A stretch of DNA of 64,000 nucleotides from an uncultured Actinomycetota bacterium (lineage in GTDB: Bacteria > Actinomycetota > Actinomycetes > Actinomycetales > Microbacteriaceae): assembly GCA_963696115.1 (NCBI GenBank), contig CAVOIT010000006.1, positions 180 to 64,179 on the forward strand. The letters run 5' to 3'. The notes below the pieces were generated by a model. That model was not told where the DNA came from. It did no database searches and saw only the letters and a list, made by a program, of their open reading frames with translations. A program made the translations under genes and the position numbers. This document shows positions 51,650 through 62,133 of the stretch, in pieces (position 1 is the first letter of the stretch; every line of letters begins with the position of its first letter).

Positions 51650-52243
51650 TCAGACCACGCGACGACCCTCGAATGCACGCCCCAGCGTGACCTCGTCGGC
51701 ATACTCCAGGTCCCCGCCGACGGGAAGGCCGGAGGCCAATCGGGTCACCCGGATGTCGAGCGTGGTCAGCAGTCGGCTGAGGTAGGTCGCGGTGGCCTCG
51801 CCCTCGAGGTTCGGGTTCGTGGCGAGGATCACTTCCTGGACGGTGCCGTCGGCGAGCCGGGTCATGAGCGACGCGATCCGCAGATCGTCCGGACCGACCC
51901 CCGCCATCGGACTGATCGCGCCGCCGAGCACGTGGTACAGCCCCCGGAACTCCCGGGTGCGTTCGATCGCGGCGACATCCTTCGCGTCCTCCACCACGCA
52001 GATCAGCGCCGGGTTGCGGCGCGGGTCCCGGCAGACGACGCACCGTTCCTGCTCGGAGACGTTTCCGCACACCTCGCAGAACCGCACCTTCTCGCGCACC
52101 TCCGCGAGGATCTGCGCGAGCCGCGAGACATCGAAGCCGGGAGTCTCGAGGATGTGGAAGGCGATCCGCTGAGCGGACTTCGGACCGATGCCGGGCAGGC
52201 GCCCGAACTGGTCGATGAGCTCCTGGACGATCCCGTCGTACAT
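51650..52243 (-). CDS. recR: Recombination mediator RecR
   Basis: [12 protein letters not shown]4 zinc finger, YHVLGG, EGEATA. Confidence 0.96.
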   Translation of the reverse strand: MYDGIVQELIDQFGRLPGIGPKSAQRIAFHILETPGFDVSRLAQILAEVREKVRFCEVCGNVSEQERCVVCRDPRRNPALICVVEDAKDVAAIERTREFRGLYHVLGGAISPMAGVGPDDLRIASLMTRLADGTVQEVILATNPNLEGEATATYLSRLLTTLDIRVTRLASGLPVGGDLEYADEVTLGRAFEGRRVV

Positions 52244-54261
52244 CAGCGCGCCGCCGGCGGTGCGTAGGGCTCTTCCCCGACGAACCGGGCTCCGAGGATC
52301 TGGCGCACCACCGCCTCGCCGTACCGCTCCGCGGGCGCGGCCGGCATCGCTGCCGGTGGATGGGGAAGCCCTCCCACGCCGACGGTCAGGGACGGGTCGA
52401 GCGCATCCTCATCCGCGTCGTCCACCGGTTCGCTGAGTACCTCACCGTAGCGATCGGGTGCGAGCACAGCCGTGCGCGCCGGTGCCGTGGCGCGCGCGTC
52501 TTCCGGTTCGTCGTCCACGGGCAGGGGCCGGGCGATGTCGGACGGCTCGCTCACCGAATCGACAGGGTCCCCGTCGGAGTCGGGGTCCGGTGCGATCGCT
52601 GCCACGGGCCAGTCGGTGACCGGACCGGTCGGTGCCGAGTCACGCGGCCCCGAGGGCCCGGCGGGTGACGGCGTGGTCGCCATCGTCGCGGCGCGGGCCT
52701 CCCGGTCCGTGCCCGGAGCGGATGAGTCGTCATCGTGCGCCTCGTGACGAGCGATGAACTTGACGCGGACCCCCAGCACGGCTTCGATCGCGGCGCGCAG
52801 GTCCTCGCTCGGTCCATGACCGGCGGACCGTCTCTTGAACCCCTCCACGTCGTTCCGGCTCGCGAACGCGAGTGTCAGCACGTCGCCGTCGACCCCGACA
52901 GCCTCGGCGGCGCCCACGAGAAGCCATGTCGAGCGACGTGACTGTTCCAGTCGCCCGAGGATCGCCGGCCACGCCGATCGCACCCGTTCCAGGGTGAGAG
53001 GCTCCGCGGACGGACGCAGAGACGGCGCCTCGCCGCCCGGCTCGGATGCCGCGGATTCGGGGGCAGATGTGGTCGGTTCCGGCGGCGATTCGGCGGCGGC
53101 AGGTGCCGCCGGCCGCACCGCGGCCGGGGTCGCGACGACCGCCTCGGTCTCGGGCGTGGATGCGGCGCGCACCAGCACACGCGCGACCATCAGCTCCAGC
53201 TGCAGGCGCGGGGATGTGGCGCCGGTCATCTCGTCCAGAGCGGCCAGCACGACGTCGGCGGTGCGGCTGAGGCGGTCCGCGCCGACCGCGGCGGCCTGGC
53301 GCGTCATCCGCGCCCGTTCGTCCTCGGCCACTCCGGTCAGCACGGATGCCGCGCCCTCGCCCGCGGCGGCGAGCACGATCAGATCCCGCAGCCGTTCCAG
53401 CAGATCCTCGACGAACCGGCGCGGATCCTGCCCGGTCTGCAGCACCCGTTCCACGGCGTCGAACGCCGCGGCCGCGTCCTCCCGAGCCAGGGCGCCCACC
53501 ACCTCGTCCAGAAGTTCGGCGGGCGTGTAGCCGAGCAGGGAGACCGCGCGATCGTATGCGACCCGTCCACCCTCGGCGCCGGCGATGAGCTGGTCGAGCA
53601 CCGACAGCGTGTCGCGCGGCGAGCCGCCGCCGGAGCGCACCACCAGCGGCAGAACCCCCGCATCCACCTCGACGTGCTCACTGCCGCATACCTGTTCGAC
53701 GTACGCGAGCATCGTCCCCGGCGGCACGAGCCGGAACGGGTAGTGGTGCGTGCGGGAGCGAATCGTGCCGATGACCTTCTCGGGCTCGGTGGTGGCGAAG
53801 ATGAACTTCACGTGGTCGGGCGGTTCCTCCACCAGCTTGAGCAGCGCGTTGAAGCCCTGCGGGGTGACCATGTGCGCCTCGTCCAGGATGAAGATCTTGA
53901 AGCGGTCGCGCGCAGGCGCGAAGATCGCGCGCTCGCGCAGATCCCGGGCGTCGTCGACGCCGTTGTGGCTGGCCGCATCGATCTCCACCACGTCCAGGGA
54001 GCCGCCGCCGCCGCGCCCCAGTTCCACGCAGCTGGGGCAGACCCCGCACGGCGTGTCGGTGGGACCGGCCGCGCAGTTCAGGCATCGGGCGAGGATGCGG
54101 GCGGAGGTGGTCTTTCCGCATCCGCGCGGCCCCGAGAACAGGTATGCGTGGCCGATTCGGTCGCTGCGCAGCGCGGTCATCAACGGCTGGGTGACCTGCT
54201 CCTGCCCGATCATCTCGCCGAACGTCTCCGGACGGTATCGGCGATACAGGGCGGTGGTCAC
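52243..54261 (-). CDS. dnaX: DNA polymerase III gamma/tau
   Basis: [28 protein letters not shown]. Confidence 0.95.
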   Translation of the reverse strand: MTTALYRRYRPETFGEMIGQEQVTQPLMTALRSDRIGHAYLFSGPRGCGKTTSARILARCLNCAAGPTDTPCGVCPSCVELGRGGGGSLDVVEIDAASHNGVDDARDLRERAIFAPARDRFKIFILDEAHMVTPQGFNALLKLVEEPPDHVKFIFATTEPEKVIGTIRSRTHHYPFRLVPPGTMLAYVEQVCGSEHVEVDAGVLPLVVRSGGGSPRDTLSVLDQLIAGAEGGRVAYDRAVSLLGYTPAELLDEVVGALAREDAAAAFDAVERVLQTGQDPRRFVEDLLERLRDLIVLAAAGEGAASVLTGVAEDERARMTRQAAAVGADRLSRTADVVLAALDEMTGATSPRLQLELMVARVLVRAASTPETEAVVATPAAVRPAAPAAAESPPEPTTSAPESAASEPGGEAPSLRPSAEPLTLERVRSAWPAILGRLEQSRRSTWLLVGAAEAVGVDGDVLTLAFASRNDVEGFKRRSAGHGPSEDLRAAIEAVLGVRVKFIARHEAHDDDSSAPGTDREARAATMATTPSPAGPSGPRDSAPTGPVTDWPVAAIAPDPDSDGDPVDSVSEPSDIARPLPVDDEPEDARATAPARTAVLAPDRYGEVLSEPVDDADEDALDPSLTVGVGGLPHPPAAMPAAPAERYGEAVVRQILGARFVGEEPYAPPAAR

Positions 54262-54316
54262 GCCTCCACCTTAGGTGGTGAGGCCGACACCGGAAGCGGC
54301 TCGTGAGACCGCCCCG

Positions 54317-56848
54317 TCACACATCGACGGGCCGCTCCGGCTCGCCGTCCACGATGGTCAGCGTGTCCGTGGTCACCGGGATGCTGGTGGTCAGGGTGGG
54401 CACGGACGCCGACAGCAGAGTGCCGTCCTCGCGGCGGGCATGGGCGAACATCTTCAGCGTGGGCCGCCCCGGCCGGACCGGCCCCTGGGACACCAGCGGC
54501 ACCACCACTTCCTGGCCCCCGGCGAGGGTGTAGTCGGTGCCGCGCACCGCGAACGAGACCGGGTCGCCCTGCTCGGCCGCCACGATCAGTTCGTCGCGGC
54601 GCACCGTCACCCGCAGTCGGGTGCCGTGCCACAACAGCGGGAACCGCAGTTCCGGCCAGTCCACCGGCAGTCGCGGGTCGAAGGTGAGCTCGCCGTGGTG
54701 GTCGCGCATCCCGCCGAACCCACTGACCAGCATGGTCCACACCCCGCCGGTGGATGCCACGTGTACGCCGTCAGCGGCGTTGCTGTGCAGATCGGCGAGG
54801 TCGACGAACAGCGCGTCGCGGAAGTACTCCATCGCGAGATCCCGGTAGCCGACCTCGGCGGCGAGGATGGACTGCACCACCGCGGACAGGGTGGAGTCGC
54901 CCGTGGTGAGCGGGTCGTAGTACTGGAAGTCGGCGAGCTTCTCCTCGTCGGTGAAGTGGTCGCCCTGCAGGAACAGCGCGAGCACCACGTCCGCCTGCTT
55001 GAGCACCTGGTAGCGGTAGATCACCAGCGGGTGGAAGTGCAGCAGCAGCGGGCGCTGATCCGGAGGGGTCTGCTCCAGGTCCCACAGCTCCCGCTCCAGG
55101 AACACCTCGTCCTGCGGATGGATGCCCAGGGCCGGGCTGAACGGGATGTGCATCGCGTTGCCGGCGCGCGTCCAGGTGTCGGCCTCGTCGGGCTGCAGGT
55201 CCACCCGGCTCACGAGCCGCCGGTATGCCTCCGGGTCGTCCTCGGCCATCTCCCGGACGCTGCGAGCCGCGAACCGGAGGTTGAAGCGGGCCATCACGTT
55301 CGTGAACAGGTTGTCGTTGACGACGGTGGTGTACTCGTCGGGGCCGGTCACGCCGTGGATGTGGAACACCTCCAGCCCGTCGGCCTCCTCGCGCCAGAAC
55401 CCGAGCGAGGCCCACAGCCGCGCCGTTTCCACGGCGATATCGATGGCCTCCCGGTACAGGAACTCATAGTCCCCCGTGACGCGCACGTACTTGGCGAGGG
55501 CGAAGCAGACGTCGGCGTTGATGTGGTACTGCGCGGTGCCGGCGGCGTAGTACGCCGACGCCTCCTCCCCGTTGATCGTGCGCCACGGGTACAGCGCTCC
55601 CGCCTCGTTCAGTTCGAAAGCGCGCCGGCGCGCCGCCGCGAGCATGTGCACCCGCATCCGCATGGCGTTGCGCGCCCACAGCGGCGTGGTGTATGCGAGG
55701 AACGGGAGCACGTAGATCTCGGTGTCCCAGAAGTAGTGGCCGCTGTAGCCCGACCCGGTCACACCCTTGGCGGGCACACCCTGTCCGTCGGCGCGCGCCG
55801 CCGCCTGCGCCAGCTGGTACAGGCTCCACCGCACCGCCTGCTGCAGATCGTCGTGGCCCTCGATCTGCACATCGGAGCGTTCCCAGAACCCCGCGAGCCA
55901 CCGGCGCTGGGTCTCGTAGAGCGAGGCCAACCCCTCGATCGCGGCGCGGTCGAGGGTTCGCCGGCACCGATCGACCAGTTCCCGAGCCGGAACGCCTCGG
56001 GAGGTGTGGTAGCTGACGAACTTGGTGACCGTGATGGGCACTCCCGCCCGCGCCTGCACCCGGTACACGTTCTTGGCGATGTCCGGTTCGATCAAGGTGC
56101 GCTCGGTGTACGGGTTGACGGTCTGGATGACGTGGTCGGCGCCGACCGCGAGGGTCATGCCGGACTGGCTCACCTGATAGCTGAGCATCGCACGGCCCGC
56201 GTCCTGCCAGAACTCCCGTGGCTGCAGCACCCGGTCGGCGATCTTCTCCGCCTGGCGCGGGTCCCACGACTGGCCCTTCCGCGTGGGGCGGGGCGTGCCG
56301 CCGTAGACGTCCTCGCCGTCCTGCCGGTTCACCAGCTGGCAGTTGATCGTGACGGGGGCGTCGGCGTTCAGCACGGTCACCTGCAGCTTCATGGTGACCA
56401 GGTGCTTCTCCTCGAACGAGGCCATCCGCTCGTAGTCGATGCGCACGTCCTTCCCCGAGGGTGTGCGCCACAAGAGGCCGCGGCGCAGCACCCCCTCGTG
56501 GAAGTCGAGGCTGCGCTCGTAGTCGACCACCTCGGCCAGGTCGAAGGACAGCGGCTCGTCGTCCACGTAGACCCGCATCACCTTCGCGTCCGGCGCGTTC
56601 ACGATCGTCTGGCCCACCTCGGCGAACCCGTACGCGCGTTCGGCGTGCCGGATCGGGAACGTCTCGTGGAAGCCGTTGACGAAGGTGCCCTCTTCGTGGC
56701 CGAACCGGCCCTCCGGGTGGTTCCCGCGCAACCCGAGGTAGCCGTTGCCCACCGCGAACAGCGTCTCGGTCACGCCGGCGTCCTCCAGGTCGAACGCGGT
56801 CTCGACCAGGCGCCACGGGTCCACGGGGAATCGATCCCGGTTCATCAT
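54317..56848 (-). CDS. GH65 family sugar phosphorylase (trehalose/kojibiose/maltose phosphorylase-like)
   Basis: GNGYLGLRG, YSGHYFWDTE, GPDEY, KQADV, DSTLS. Confidence 0.92.
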   Translation of the reverse strand: MMNRDRFPVDPWRLVETAFDLEDAGVTETLFAVGNGYLGLRGNHPEGRFGHEEGTFVNGFHETFPIRHAERAYGFAEVGQTIVNAPDAKVMRVYVDDEPLSFDLAEVVDYERSLDFHEGVLRRGLLWRTPSGKDVRIDYERMASFEEKHLVTMKLQVTVLNADAPVTINCQLVNRQDGEDVYGGTPRPTRKGQSWDPRQAEKIADRVLQPREFWQDAGRAMLSYQVSQSGMTLAVGADHVIQTVNPYTERTLIEPDIAKNVYRVQARAGVPITVTKFVSYHTSRGVPARELVDRCRRTLDRAAIEGLASLYETQRRWLAGFWERSDVQIEGHDDLQQAVRWSLYQLAQAAARADGQGVPAKGVTGSGYSGHYFWDTEIYVLPFLAYTTPLWARNAMRMRVHMLAAARRRAFELNEAGALYPWRTINGEEASAYYAAGTAQYHINADVCFALAKYVRVTGDYEFLYREAIDIAVETARLWASLGFWREEADGLEVFHIHGVTGPDEYTTVVNDNLFTNVMARFNLRFAARSVREMAEDDPEAYRRLVSRVDLQPDEADTWTRAGNAMHIPFSPALGIHPQDEVFLERELWDLEQTPPDQRPLLLHFHPLVIYRYQVLKQADVVLALFLQGDHFTDEEKLADFQYYDPLTTGDSTLSAVVQSILAAEVGYRDLAMEYFRDALFVDLADLHSNAADGVHVASTGGVWTMLVSGFGGMRDHHGELTFDPRLPVDWPELRFPLLWHGTRLRVTVRRDELIVAAEQGDPVSFAVRGTDYTLAGGQEVVVPLVSQGPVRPGRPTLKMFAHARREDGTLLSASVPTLTTSIPVTTDTLTIVDGEPERPVDV

Positions 56849-56897
56849 GGGGTGCCTTCCGCTGAGAGGTGTCGCGGTGCCGGAAGTGGAGCGATGG

Positions 56898-57623
56898 CTA
56901 GTCTACGAACACGCCGAGATCGGGGACGACGACATCGGCTCCGGCGTCCTGGAGCTGGTCCGCGCCGGCGCCCCGGTCCACGCCGACGACCAGTCCGAAG
57001 CCGCCGGCGGCGGCGGAGCGCACGCCGCTGAGCGCGTCCTCCACCGCGACGCTGCGCCCCGGGTCGACGTCCAGCATCCGGGCCGCTGCCAGGAACACGT
57101 CCGGGGCGGGCTTGCTCGCCAGGCGCTCCCGCTCGGCGATCACCCCGTCGATCACCACGTCGAACCGATCACGGATGCCGGCGGCCGTGAGCACCTCGTC
57201 CGCGTTCTTCGAGCTGGAGACCACCGCCACCGGCACCCCGGCGCCCTGCAGTCGGTCCAGCAGCCGGATCGAGCCGGGGTACGGCGCGATCCCCTGGGAT
57301 CGCAGCAGGCGCGCGAACACCTCGTTCTTGCGGTTCCCGATCCCGCACACGGTGCTCGCGATCGGGGGATCGTCGGGCTCGCCCCAGGGCACTTCGATGT
57401 CACGGCTGCGCAGCAGCGCCGCCACGCCGTCGTAACGCTTCTTGCCGTCCAGGTGCTCGTAGTAGTCGGCGTCGGTGTAGGGGGGCTCGACCCGCCACTG
57501 CGCGAACAGCTCCTCGAACATCGCCCGCCACGCCGCCATGTGAACGTCAGCGGTGGGGGTGAGCACGCCGTCCAGGTCGAACAGCACCGCGTCGTACCGG
57601 GTGAGGTCGGGCAGGTCGGTCAC
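56898..57623 (-). CDS. Beta-phosphoglucomutase-family HAD hydrolase
   Basis: FDLDGVLT, SSSKN, KPAPD, VEDALSG; adjacent to the GH65 gene. Confidence 0.88.
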   Translation of the reverse strand: MTDLPDLTRYDAVLFDLDGVLTPTADVHMAAWRAMFEELFAQWRVEPPYTDADYYEHLDGKKRYDGVAALLRSRDIEVPWGEPDDPPIASTVCGIGNRKNEVFARLLRSQGIAPYPGSIRLLDRLQGAGVPVAVVSSSKNADEVLTAAGIRDRFDVVIDGVIAERERLASKPAPDVFLAAARMLDVDPGRSVAVEDALSGVRSAAAGGFGLVVGVDRGAGADQLQDAGADVVVPDLGVFVD

Positions 57624-57686
57624 GCATCCTCCAGACGATCGCGCCCCAGCGTAGTGGTGCGGGATGACGGCGGGATGACCGACCGG

Positions 57687-58925
57687 TCACCGTCCCGCAA
57701 CCGCGAAGGTCTGCCGGGCGATCTCCAGCTCCTCATCGGTGGGGACGACGAGCACGACCACTGCGGAGCGGTCCGAGGAGATCCTCCGGATGCCGCGCGC
57801 GGGCGCGTCGTTGCGGACCGGGTCGAGCTCCACACCCGCGAAGCCGAGGGTGGCCAGCGCCGCGGCGCGCACCCGCGGATTGTTCTCCCCGACCCCGGCG
57901 GTGAACGAGATGACATCCACCCCGCCCAGCTGCGCGAGGTAGGCGCCGGCGTAGGCGCGCAGCCGGTGCACGTACACGTCGAACGCGAGCCGGGCCCGGT
58001 CGTCCCCGGCATCCATCCGCGCGATCACGTCGCGCATGTCGGACGCGCCCGCCAGTCCCTGCAGGCCGCTGGCGCTGTTGAGCAGCCGGTCGATCTGCTC
58101 CACCGGCATCCCCGCCCGGCGGGAGAGCTGGAACACCACCGCCGGGTCGATGTCGCCCGACCGGGTCCCCATCACGAGTCCTTCCAGCGGGGTCAGTCCC
58201 ATCGAGGTGTCGATCGACCGGCCGCCGGCGATCGCGGCCGCGGAGGCGCCGTTGCCCAGGTGGAAGACGATCTGCCGCAGGTCGGCCACCGCGGCCCCCA
58301 GGAACTCGGCGGCCGCGCGGCTCACGAACCGGTGGGAGGTGCCGTGGAAGCCGTACTTGCGGATGCCGTACCGCTCGGCCACCGCGCCGTCGATGGCATA
58401 GGTGTATGCCTCCGGCGGCATCGTCTGATGGAAGGCGGTGTCGAACACCGCCACCTGCGGGACCCGATCGAACGCGGCGAGCGCGGCACGGATGCCCTGC
58501 ACCGCGCCCGGGTTGTGCAGCGGCGCGAGCTCGGCGAGCTCGTCGATGCCGGCCAGCACCTCCGGGGTGATTCGTGTGGGCTCCACGTACCGCGCCCCGC
58601 CGTGCACGACGCGGTGTCCGACGGCGACCGGAGCGTGGTCGGCCAGGTCCGGCCCGTGCTCGGCGAACGCCGCGATCATCGCGTCGAATCCGGCCGCGTG
58701 GTCGACGATCCGGCCGCGGTGCTCGAATGCGGCATCCACGATCGCCGGGGCGGCGACCACGCCCGGGGGCGCCATCGCGGCGATGGTGACGGTGTGCACC
58801 CACCGGCCTTCCGGCTGCCCGATGCGTTCGACCAGCCCGTGCGCGAGCACCTGCTCGCCCGCGAGCTCCACGAGTCGGTACTTGAACGAGGAGGAGCCGC
58901 TGTTGACGACCAGCACCACGCTCAC
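57687..58925 (-). CDS. ackA: Acetate kinase
   Basis: VNSGSSSFK, GHRVVHGG, APLHN, YGFHGTSH, TDEE. Confidence 0.95.
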   Translation of the reverse strand: MSVVLVVNSGSSSFKYRLVELAGEQVLAHGLVERIGQPEGRWVHTVTIAAMAPPGVVAAPAIVDAAFEHRGRIVDHAAGFDAMIAAFAEHGPDLADHAPVAVGHRVVHGGARYVEPTRITPEVLAGIDELAELAPLHNPGAVQGIRAALAAFDRVPQVAVFDTAFHQTMPPEAYTYAIDGAVAERYGIRKYGFHGTSHRFVSRAAAEFLGAAVADLRQIVFHLGNGASAAAIAGGRSIDTSMGLTPLEGLVMGTRSGDIDPAVVFQLSRRAGMPVEQIDRLLNSASGLQGLAGASDMRDVIARMDAGDDRARLAFDVYVHRLRAYAGAYLAQLGGVDVISFTAGVGENNPRVRAAALATLGFAGVELDPVRNDAPARGIRRISSDRSAVVVLVVPTDEELEIARQTFAVAGR

Positions 58926-61048
58926 GAGCGCGCGTCCTGCGCCTGGATGGCGGTGATCGCGATGGTGTTCACGATGTCGTCGACCAGTGCCCCGCGGGAC
59001 AGGTCGTTGATCGGCTTGTTCAGCCCCTGCAGCACGGGGCCGATGGCCACGGCCCCAGCAGAGCGCTGCACGGCCTTGTAGGTGTTGTTGCCGGTGTTCA
59101 GGTCGGGGAAGACGAACACGGTTGCCCGCCCGGCGACCTCCGACTGGGGCATCTTCGTGGCTGCGACCGCCGCGTCGGCGGCGGCGTCGTACTGGATCGG
59201 GCCCTCCACGGGCAGGTCCGGCGCCCGCTCGCGCACCAGCCGCGTCGCCTCCCGCACCTTCTCCACGTCCGCTCCGGTCCCGGACTCCCCCGTCGAGTAG
59301 GACAGCATCGCCACCCGCGGCTCGATCCCGAACCGCGCGGCGGTGGCGGCCGACGAGATCGCGATGTCGGCCAGCTGCGGCGCGGTCGGGTCGGGGATGA
59401 CGGCGCAGTCCCCGTACACGAGCACCCGGTCGGCCAGCGCCATGAAGAACACGCTGGAGACCACCGATACGCCGGGCCGGGTGCGGATGATCTCGAACGC
59501 GGGTCGGATGGTCTGCGCCGTGGTGTGCGCCGCACCCGAGACCATCCCGTCCGCGAGGCCGAAGTGCACCATCATCGTCCCGAAATACGACGGGTCGGTG
59601 ACGGTGTCGGCGGCGAGCGCCGGCGAGACGCCCTTGTGGGCCCGCAGTCGCGCGTACTCCGCCGCGAACCGCGGCCCGAGCACCGGGTCGGCGGTGGAGA
59701 CGACCTGCGCGGCCGCCAGGTCCAGCCCCAGCGCGGTGGCGCGGGCGCGCACCGCGTCCTCATCGCCGAGGATCACGAGGTCGGCGATGCCGCGAGCCAG
59801 CACCGCCGCTGCCGCCCGCAGGATGCGGTCGTCCTCCCCCTCGGGCAGCACGATCCGGCGCCGGTCGGTGCGGGCCCGCTCGATCAGCTGATACTCGAAC
59901 ATCAGCGGCGTGAGCACCTGCGGTCGGGTCAGCCCCAGCAGGCGGGTGAGCTCGGCTCCGTCCACGCGGGATTCGAACAGCCGCAGCGCGTTGTCGTAGC
60001 GGCGTGGCGAGTCCGCGGCGAACCGGCCGCGCGTGTTCATCACAGCCAAGGCGGTCTCGTACGTGCCCCGGTCGGTGGCGATGATGGGCAGGTCGGTGCC
60101 CAGGCCGTCGATGAGGCGCTCGATCACCTCGGGGAGAGCGAACGGCCCGTTCAGCACGATCCCGGCCAGGGCGGGGAACGTCCCGGAGGCGTGGGCGAGC
60201 AGGGCCGCCAGCAGCACCGCCGTGCGGTCGGCAGGCACCACGACGATCGCACCCGCGGTCAGGCGCGGCAGCACGTTCACGGTCGACATCGCCGCGACCA
60301 CCACGTCCAGAACCTCGCGACCCAGCAGCTCCGGGTCGCCCTTCACCAGGACGCCGTCGAGGGAGCGCATCACACCCCGCACGGAGGGGGCCACCAGCAT
60401 CCGGTCCTCCGGAAGCGCCCACACCGGAACGCCGTCCTCTCCGGCGTTCTCGGCCACCCGCCGGATCACTGCGACGGTGGCGTCGAGCTCGTCCGGGTCC
60501 ACGCGGTTGGCGACCACGCCGAACAGCTGGGCGCGCGCCGTGCGCAGCTCGGCGAGGGTGAGCACCGCCACCTGCCCGATCTCGTCGGGGGTGCGAGCCT
60601 GACTCACGCCCAGTTGCTCGCTCTGGCCCTGTCCCGCCCGGCCCCCGAGCACGAGCAGCACGGGAATGCCGAGGTTCGCCGCTATGCGGGCGTTGTAGCC
60701 GAGCTCCGCCGGCGTGCCCACGTCGGTGTAGTCGCTGCCGAGCACGATCACCGCGTCGCAGCGCGCCTCGACGGCCTTGTAGCGCTCCACGATCCGCGCC
60801 AGCGCGGCATCCGGGTCCGCATGCACCTGGTCGTAGGTCACGCCGATGCATGCGTCGTAGCCGAGATCGACGCCGTCATGCTCCAGCAGCATCTCGAGCA
60901 CGTAGTCGCGCTCCTCGGAGGAACGCGCGATGGACCGGAACACGCCCACCCGCGCCGTCGCGCGGCTGAGCGCGGCGAGCACCCCCAGCGCGACGGTGGA
61001 CTTCCCGGAGCGACCCTCGGCGGACGTGATGAGGATGCTCTGCGCCAC
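58922..61048 (-). CDS. pta: Phosphate acetyltransferase (long, DRTGG-containing form)
   Basis: IVLPEG, DGMVSGA, FPDLNTGNNTYK, NDLSRG. Confidence 0.95.
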   Translation of the reverse strand: MAQSILITSAEGRSGKSTVALGVLAALSRATARVGVFRSIARSSEERDYVLEMLLEHDGVDLGYDACIGVTYDQVHADPDAALARIVERYKAVEARCDAVIVLGSDYTDVGTPAELGYNARIAANLGIPVLLVLGGRAGQGQSEQLGVSQARTPDEIGQVAVLTLAELRTARAQLFGVVANRVDPDELDATVAVIRRVAENAGEDGVPVWALPEDRMLVAPSVRGVMRSLDGVLVKGDPELLGREVLDVVVAAMSTVNVLPRLTAGAIVVVPADRTAVLLAALLAHASGTFPALAGIVLNGPFALPEVIERLIDGLGTDLPIIATDRGTYETALAVMNTRGRFAADSPRRYDNALRLFESRVDGAELTRLLGLTRPQVLTPLMFEYQLIERARTDRRRIVLPEGEDDRILRAAAAVLARGIADLVILGDEDAVRARATALGLDLAAAQVVSTADPVLGPRFAAEYARLRAHKGVSPALAADTVTDPSYFGTMMVHFGLADGMVSGAAHTTAQTIRPAFEIIRTRPGVSVVSSVFFMALADRVLVYGDCAVIPDPTAPQLADIAISSAATAARFGIEPRVAMLSYSTGESGTGADVEKVREATRLVRERAPDLPVEGPIQYDAAADAAVAATKMPQSEVAGRATVFVFPDLNTGNNTYKAVQRSAGAVAIGPVLQGLNKPINDLSRGALVDDIVNTIAITAIQAQDARS

Positions 61049-61102
61049 GCTTCCCACCCTAGAGTCGACGGACGCTCCCCGACCAGCGTCGGCGGGATGG
61101 CG

Positions 61103-61195
61103 AAGGCCCTCCGCGCACCCGACAGAGCCTGGTTACCCTTGCTACGTTTCCGTCCTGGGGGAGTTGGCCTGGATGCCGCCACGCGGAGAGCCCCC
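61103..61195 (-). ncRNA. ffs: Signal recognition particle RNA (4.5S)
   Basis: Long hairpin with CAGG-ACGGAAACGT-AGCA domain IV; TAGACT -10 upstream; next to tRNA-Ser. Confidence 0.9.
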
Positions 61196-61266
61196 ACAAG
61201 TCTATCCCAGCCATCTCAGGCGCCTCCGCTGACCCGCGGTAGGATGGCGCACGGCCTTCGGGCCAC

Positions 61267-61351
61267 GGAGGATTCGCCTAGTGGCCTATGGCGCACGCTT
61301 GGAAAGCGTGTTGGGTGCAAGCCCTCGGGGGTTCGAATCCCCCATCCTCCG
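61267..61351 (+). tRNA. tRNA-Ser (GGA)
   Basis: GGAGGATTCGCCTAGTGG...TTGGAAA, long variable arm, GGTTCGAATCC. Confidence 0.95.
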
Positions 61352-61366
61352 CTCCGCGGGGTTCGC

Positions 61367-61816
61367 TCATGCGCTCGCGCTCTGCAGGGACGACTGCACC
61401 CAGCTGCGCAACTGCGGGGCGGGCAGCGCCCCCACCGACCGGGATGCCTCGGCGCCGTCGGCGTAGAACAGCAGCGTGGGGATGCCGGTGATGCCGTGGC
61501 GGGCGGAGACCTGCGGCGAGTCGTCGGCGTTCACCTTCACGACCTTCAGCCGGCCGGCGTTCTCCGCCGCCAACTGCTCCACCACCGGAGCGATCGCGCG
61601 GCACGGTCCGCACCACGGCGCCCAGACATCGACGAGCACCGGAAGGCTGGCTGCGGTCACCGCCGCGTCGAACGTGCTGTCGTCGGCGGAGACGAGCCAC
61701 GGAAGGTCGGCGTGGCAGGATGCGCACCGCACCCTGCCACGCCTCGCCTGCGGCACGCGGTTGCGGGCACCGCATGAGGGACAGGTGGTGATGGCTCCGT
61801 CGGATGCTGCGCTCAT
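61367..61816 (-). CDS. Thioredoxin with N-terminal zinc finger (Trx2/TrxC-like)
   Basis: CPSC...CASC plus WCGPC. Confidence 0.92.
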   Translation of the reverse strand: MSAASDGAITTCPSCGARNRVPQARRGRVRCASCHADLPWLVSADDSTFDAAVTAASLPVLVDVWAPWCGPCRAIAPVVEQLAAENAGRLKVVKVNADDSPQVSARHGITGIPTLLFYADGAEASRSVGALPAPQLRSWVQSSLQSASA

Positions 61817-62133
61817 CACCACCAGCCTACGGACCTGCGCGCACCGCCGCGGGTGCGCCGCAGAACGGCATCCACATCGCCCACGGAGGGCTCCATCAGC
61901 CACTCCCCGTCGACGTACACGACGGGAGTGTGCAGCCGCCCGGCCGCAAGCCGGTCCAGCCGCGCGTAGACATCGGGACGCTCGTCGAGATCGACGTACT
62001 CGTAGCCGATGCCGGATCGCTCCAGCGCGCGACGGAGCATCTGCGTGATGCCGCACCACCGGTTGCCGTAGATCACGATCTGACCCACGCGGCTGTCGGA
62101 TCCCTGCCGCGGGGTGACGTCGATCATCGTCAT
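61816..62133 (-). CDS. Glutaredoxin/mycoredoxin-like protein, monothiol CGIT
   Basis: IVIYGNRWCGIT...YEYVDLD...TPVV..DGEWLMEPS. Confidence 0.78.
   Translation of the reverse strand: MTMIDVTPRQGSDSRVGQIVIYGNRWCGITQMLRRALERSGIGYEYVDLDERPDVYARLDRLAAGRLHTPVVYVDGEWLMEPSVGDVDAVLRRTRGGARRSVGWW

Noticed and set aside
54262-54284. Hairpin GCCTCCACCTTAGGTGGTGAGGC sharing 9-10 nt with the tRNA-Thr ends, a possible att remnant
   Set aside because: Match too short, overlaps the likely dnaX -10 (TAAGGT), no integrase, and only core genes lie between the two sites
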